NCBI GenBank assembly: GCA_034430415.1 | Contig: DAOUEN010000118.1 | Location: forward strand, 1-62,256 | Length of the DNA: 62,256 bases | Origin: Dehalococcoidia bacterium | GTDB lineage: Bacteria; Chloroflexota; Dehalococcoidia; GIF9; AB-539-J10 | Direction of reading: 5' to 3' | Shown: positions 61,479-62,256 of the stretch, piece after piece | Layout of the letters: each line of letters begins with the position of its first letter | How positions within the stretch are numbered: the first letter of the stretch is position 1 | Program-made: the position numbers and the translations under genes | The notes under the pieces: model-generated | What the model was told of the DNA's origin: nothing | Database searches by the model: none | What the model saw: only the letters and a program-made list of their open reading frames with translations

Positions 61479-62256
61479 CTAGGCGTTCAGGACTTGTCTA
61501 GAGCGCCGCTTGAAGCGCTCGACCAGGAACTCTTCCAGTTCGATTACGAATAGCCCGGGAAGAGCCAGCAAAACAATAAATATCCACCATTGTGCAGGGA
61601 AGGGTGCTGTCCTGAGGGGATTGAATCCTGTTTGGGGAAGGATATAGACCAGAATAAGCTGTATGACCACGGTTGCAGCAATACCAATGCCCACCATCTT
61701 ATTTGAGAACGGGTTCACTTCGAACACGGATACTGTTAACGAGCGGGCAGTAAGCAGGTAGAAGATATGTACCAGCATGATATTAATGAACACCGCCGTC
61801 TGCGCCTGGGTCAGCAGTAATTCGTTCACCCCCGAGATGGAAATAGCTGGCATGCCGTAGTGATAAAAAACTGTGAAACCAGAGGCGGCCATAATCAGAG
61901 ACACGAGCCCTACCTTCCTGAAGAATAATGTGTTAGCTATCGGTTCCTTGGGATTACGCGGCGGCCTGTTAAGCAATCCCTTTTCCCGGGGCTCCCAGAG
62001 GAGAGGCAGCGCAAGAATCACCGCATCGTACAGATTTATCCAGAGGATTTGTATCGGTTCCAGAGGAAGGCGCGTCATGAAAAGAGGGATAAATGGCGCC
62101 AGTAATATCGCTCCCATCACCAGTAGTGCCTGCCCCCCGTTTGTGGGTAGTGTGTAGAGGATCACCTTGCGTATGTTCTCGAAGACATGTCTGCCTTCCT
62201 CCACTGCTGCCACGATGCTGGCAAAGTTATCATCCACCAGAACCATATCGGAGGCT
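61479..62256 (-). CDS. cation-transporting P-type ATPase, C-terminal part (gene continues beyond the window)
   Basis: VLVDDNFASIVAAVEEGRHVFENIRKVILY followed by 4-5 hydrophobic helices. The frame is open to the window edge. Confidence 0.85.
   Translation of the reverse strand, partial: ASDMVLVDDNFASIVAAVEEGRHVFENIRKVILYTLPTNGGQALLVMGAILLAPFIPLFMTRLPLEPIQILWINLYDAVILALPLLWEPREKGLLNRPPRNPKEPIANTLFFRKVGLVSLIMAASGFTVFYHYGMPAISISGVNELLLTQAQTAVFINIMLVHIFYLLTARSLTVSVFEVNPFSNKMVGIGIAATVVIQLILVYILPQTGFNPLRTAPFPAQWWIFIVLLALPGLFVIELEEFLVERFKRRSRQVLNA

Overview
This 62 kb bacterial window is densely coding. Strong AGGAGG-type Shine-Dalgarno sites sit before most genes, and gcvP is split into gcvPA and gcvPB. 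An acVLRF1-type release-factor-like gene and a DUF5679 zinc-ribbon mini-gene suggest Chloroflexota; that lineage call is inference only. I saw no rRNA, no intact tRNA, no CRISPR array, no transposase or integrase, and no recognisable defence island.

Layout:
(a) 1-8.6 kb, + strand: an accessory catabolic or uptake cluster with a UPF0597 L-cysteine-desulfidase-like protein, an opine-type dehydrogenase, a PanB homologue, a TRAP transporter (DctPQM) and a D-aminoacylase.
(b) 8.9-17.2 kb, + strand: a tandem glycine riboswitch with terminator controlling gcvPA-gcvPB-gcvT-gcvH. These are followed directly by a LipM/LplA-like transferase, a single-Cys Nox/CoADR-family flavoprotein and lipA.
(c) 17.2-21.5 kb, + strand: rpsU, yqeY, purL and a DUF1015 gene.
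(d) 21.5-26.5 kb, - strand: serA, a class V aminotransferase, tyrS and ribF.
(e) 26.7-31.6 kb: a mixed, poorly characterised stretch. It holds a transglutaminase-like membrane protein, DUF5679, a Vms1/acVLRF1-like peptidyl-tRNA hydrolase, DegV, a PflX-type radical SAM protein, a RepA/AAA_25-like ATPase with a degenerate Walker A, and a tRNA-like fragment in an orphan promoter-terminator unit.
(f) 31.8-59.9 kb, all on the - strand with very short gaps: a roughly 28 kb central-carbon supercluster. In transcription order it reads pgi, gpmA, a flavin-reductase remnant, rubredoxin, fprA, 2-oxoacid:ferredoxin oxidoreductase alpha and beta, eno, glk, gap, pgk, pfkA, a LacD-type aldolase, pyk, glgE, a 60-aa KaiC-like fragment, an atypical receiver domain, treS-pep2, glgB, ADP-forming acetyl-CoA synthetase, a stand-alone PtaN/DRTGG protein, a small protein and malQ.
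(g) 60-62.3 kb: a GH57 gene and the 3' part of a P-type ATPase gene.

The items most worth follow-up are:
- the KaiC-fragment plus pseudo-receiver pair inside the GlgE operon;
- the non-canonical flavoprotein sitting where a glycine-cleavage L-protein would be expected;
- the split and internally shortened high-molecular-weight-rubredoxin-like module;
- the acVLRF1 / DegV / radical-SAM / ATPase stretch;
- the stand-alone PtaN protein coupled to the ADP-forming acetyl-CoA synthetase.

All family calls come from motif recognition by eye and were not checked against any database.
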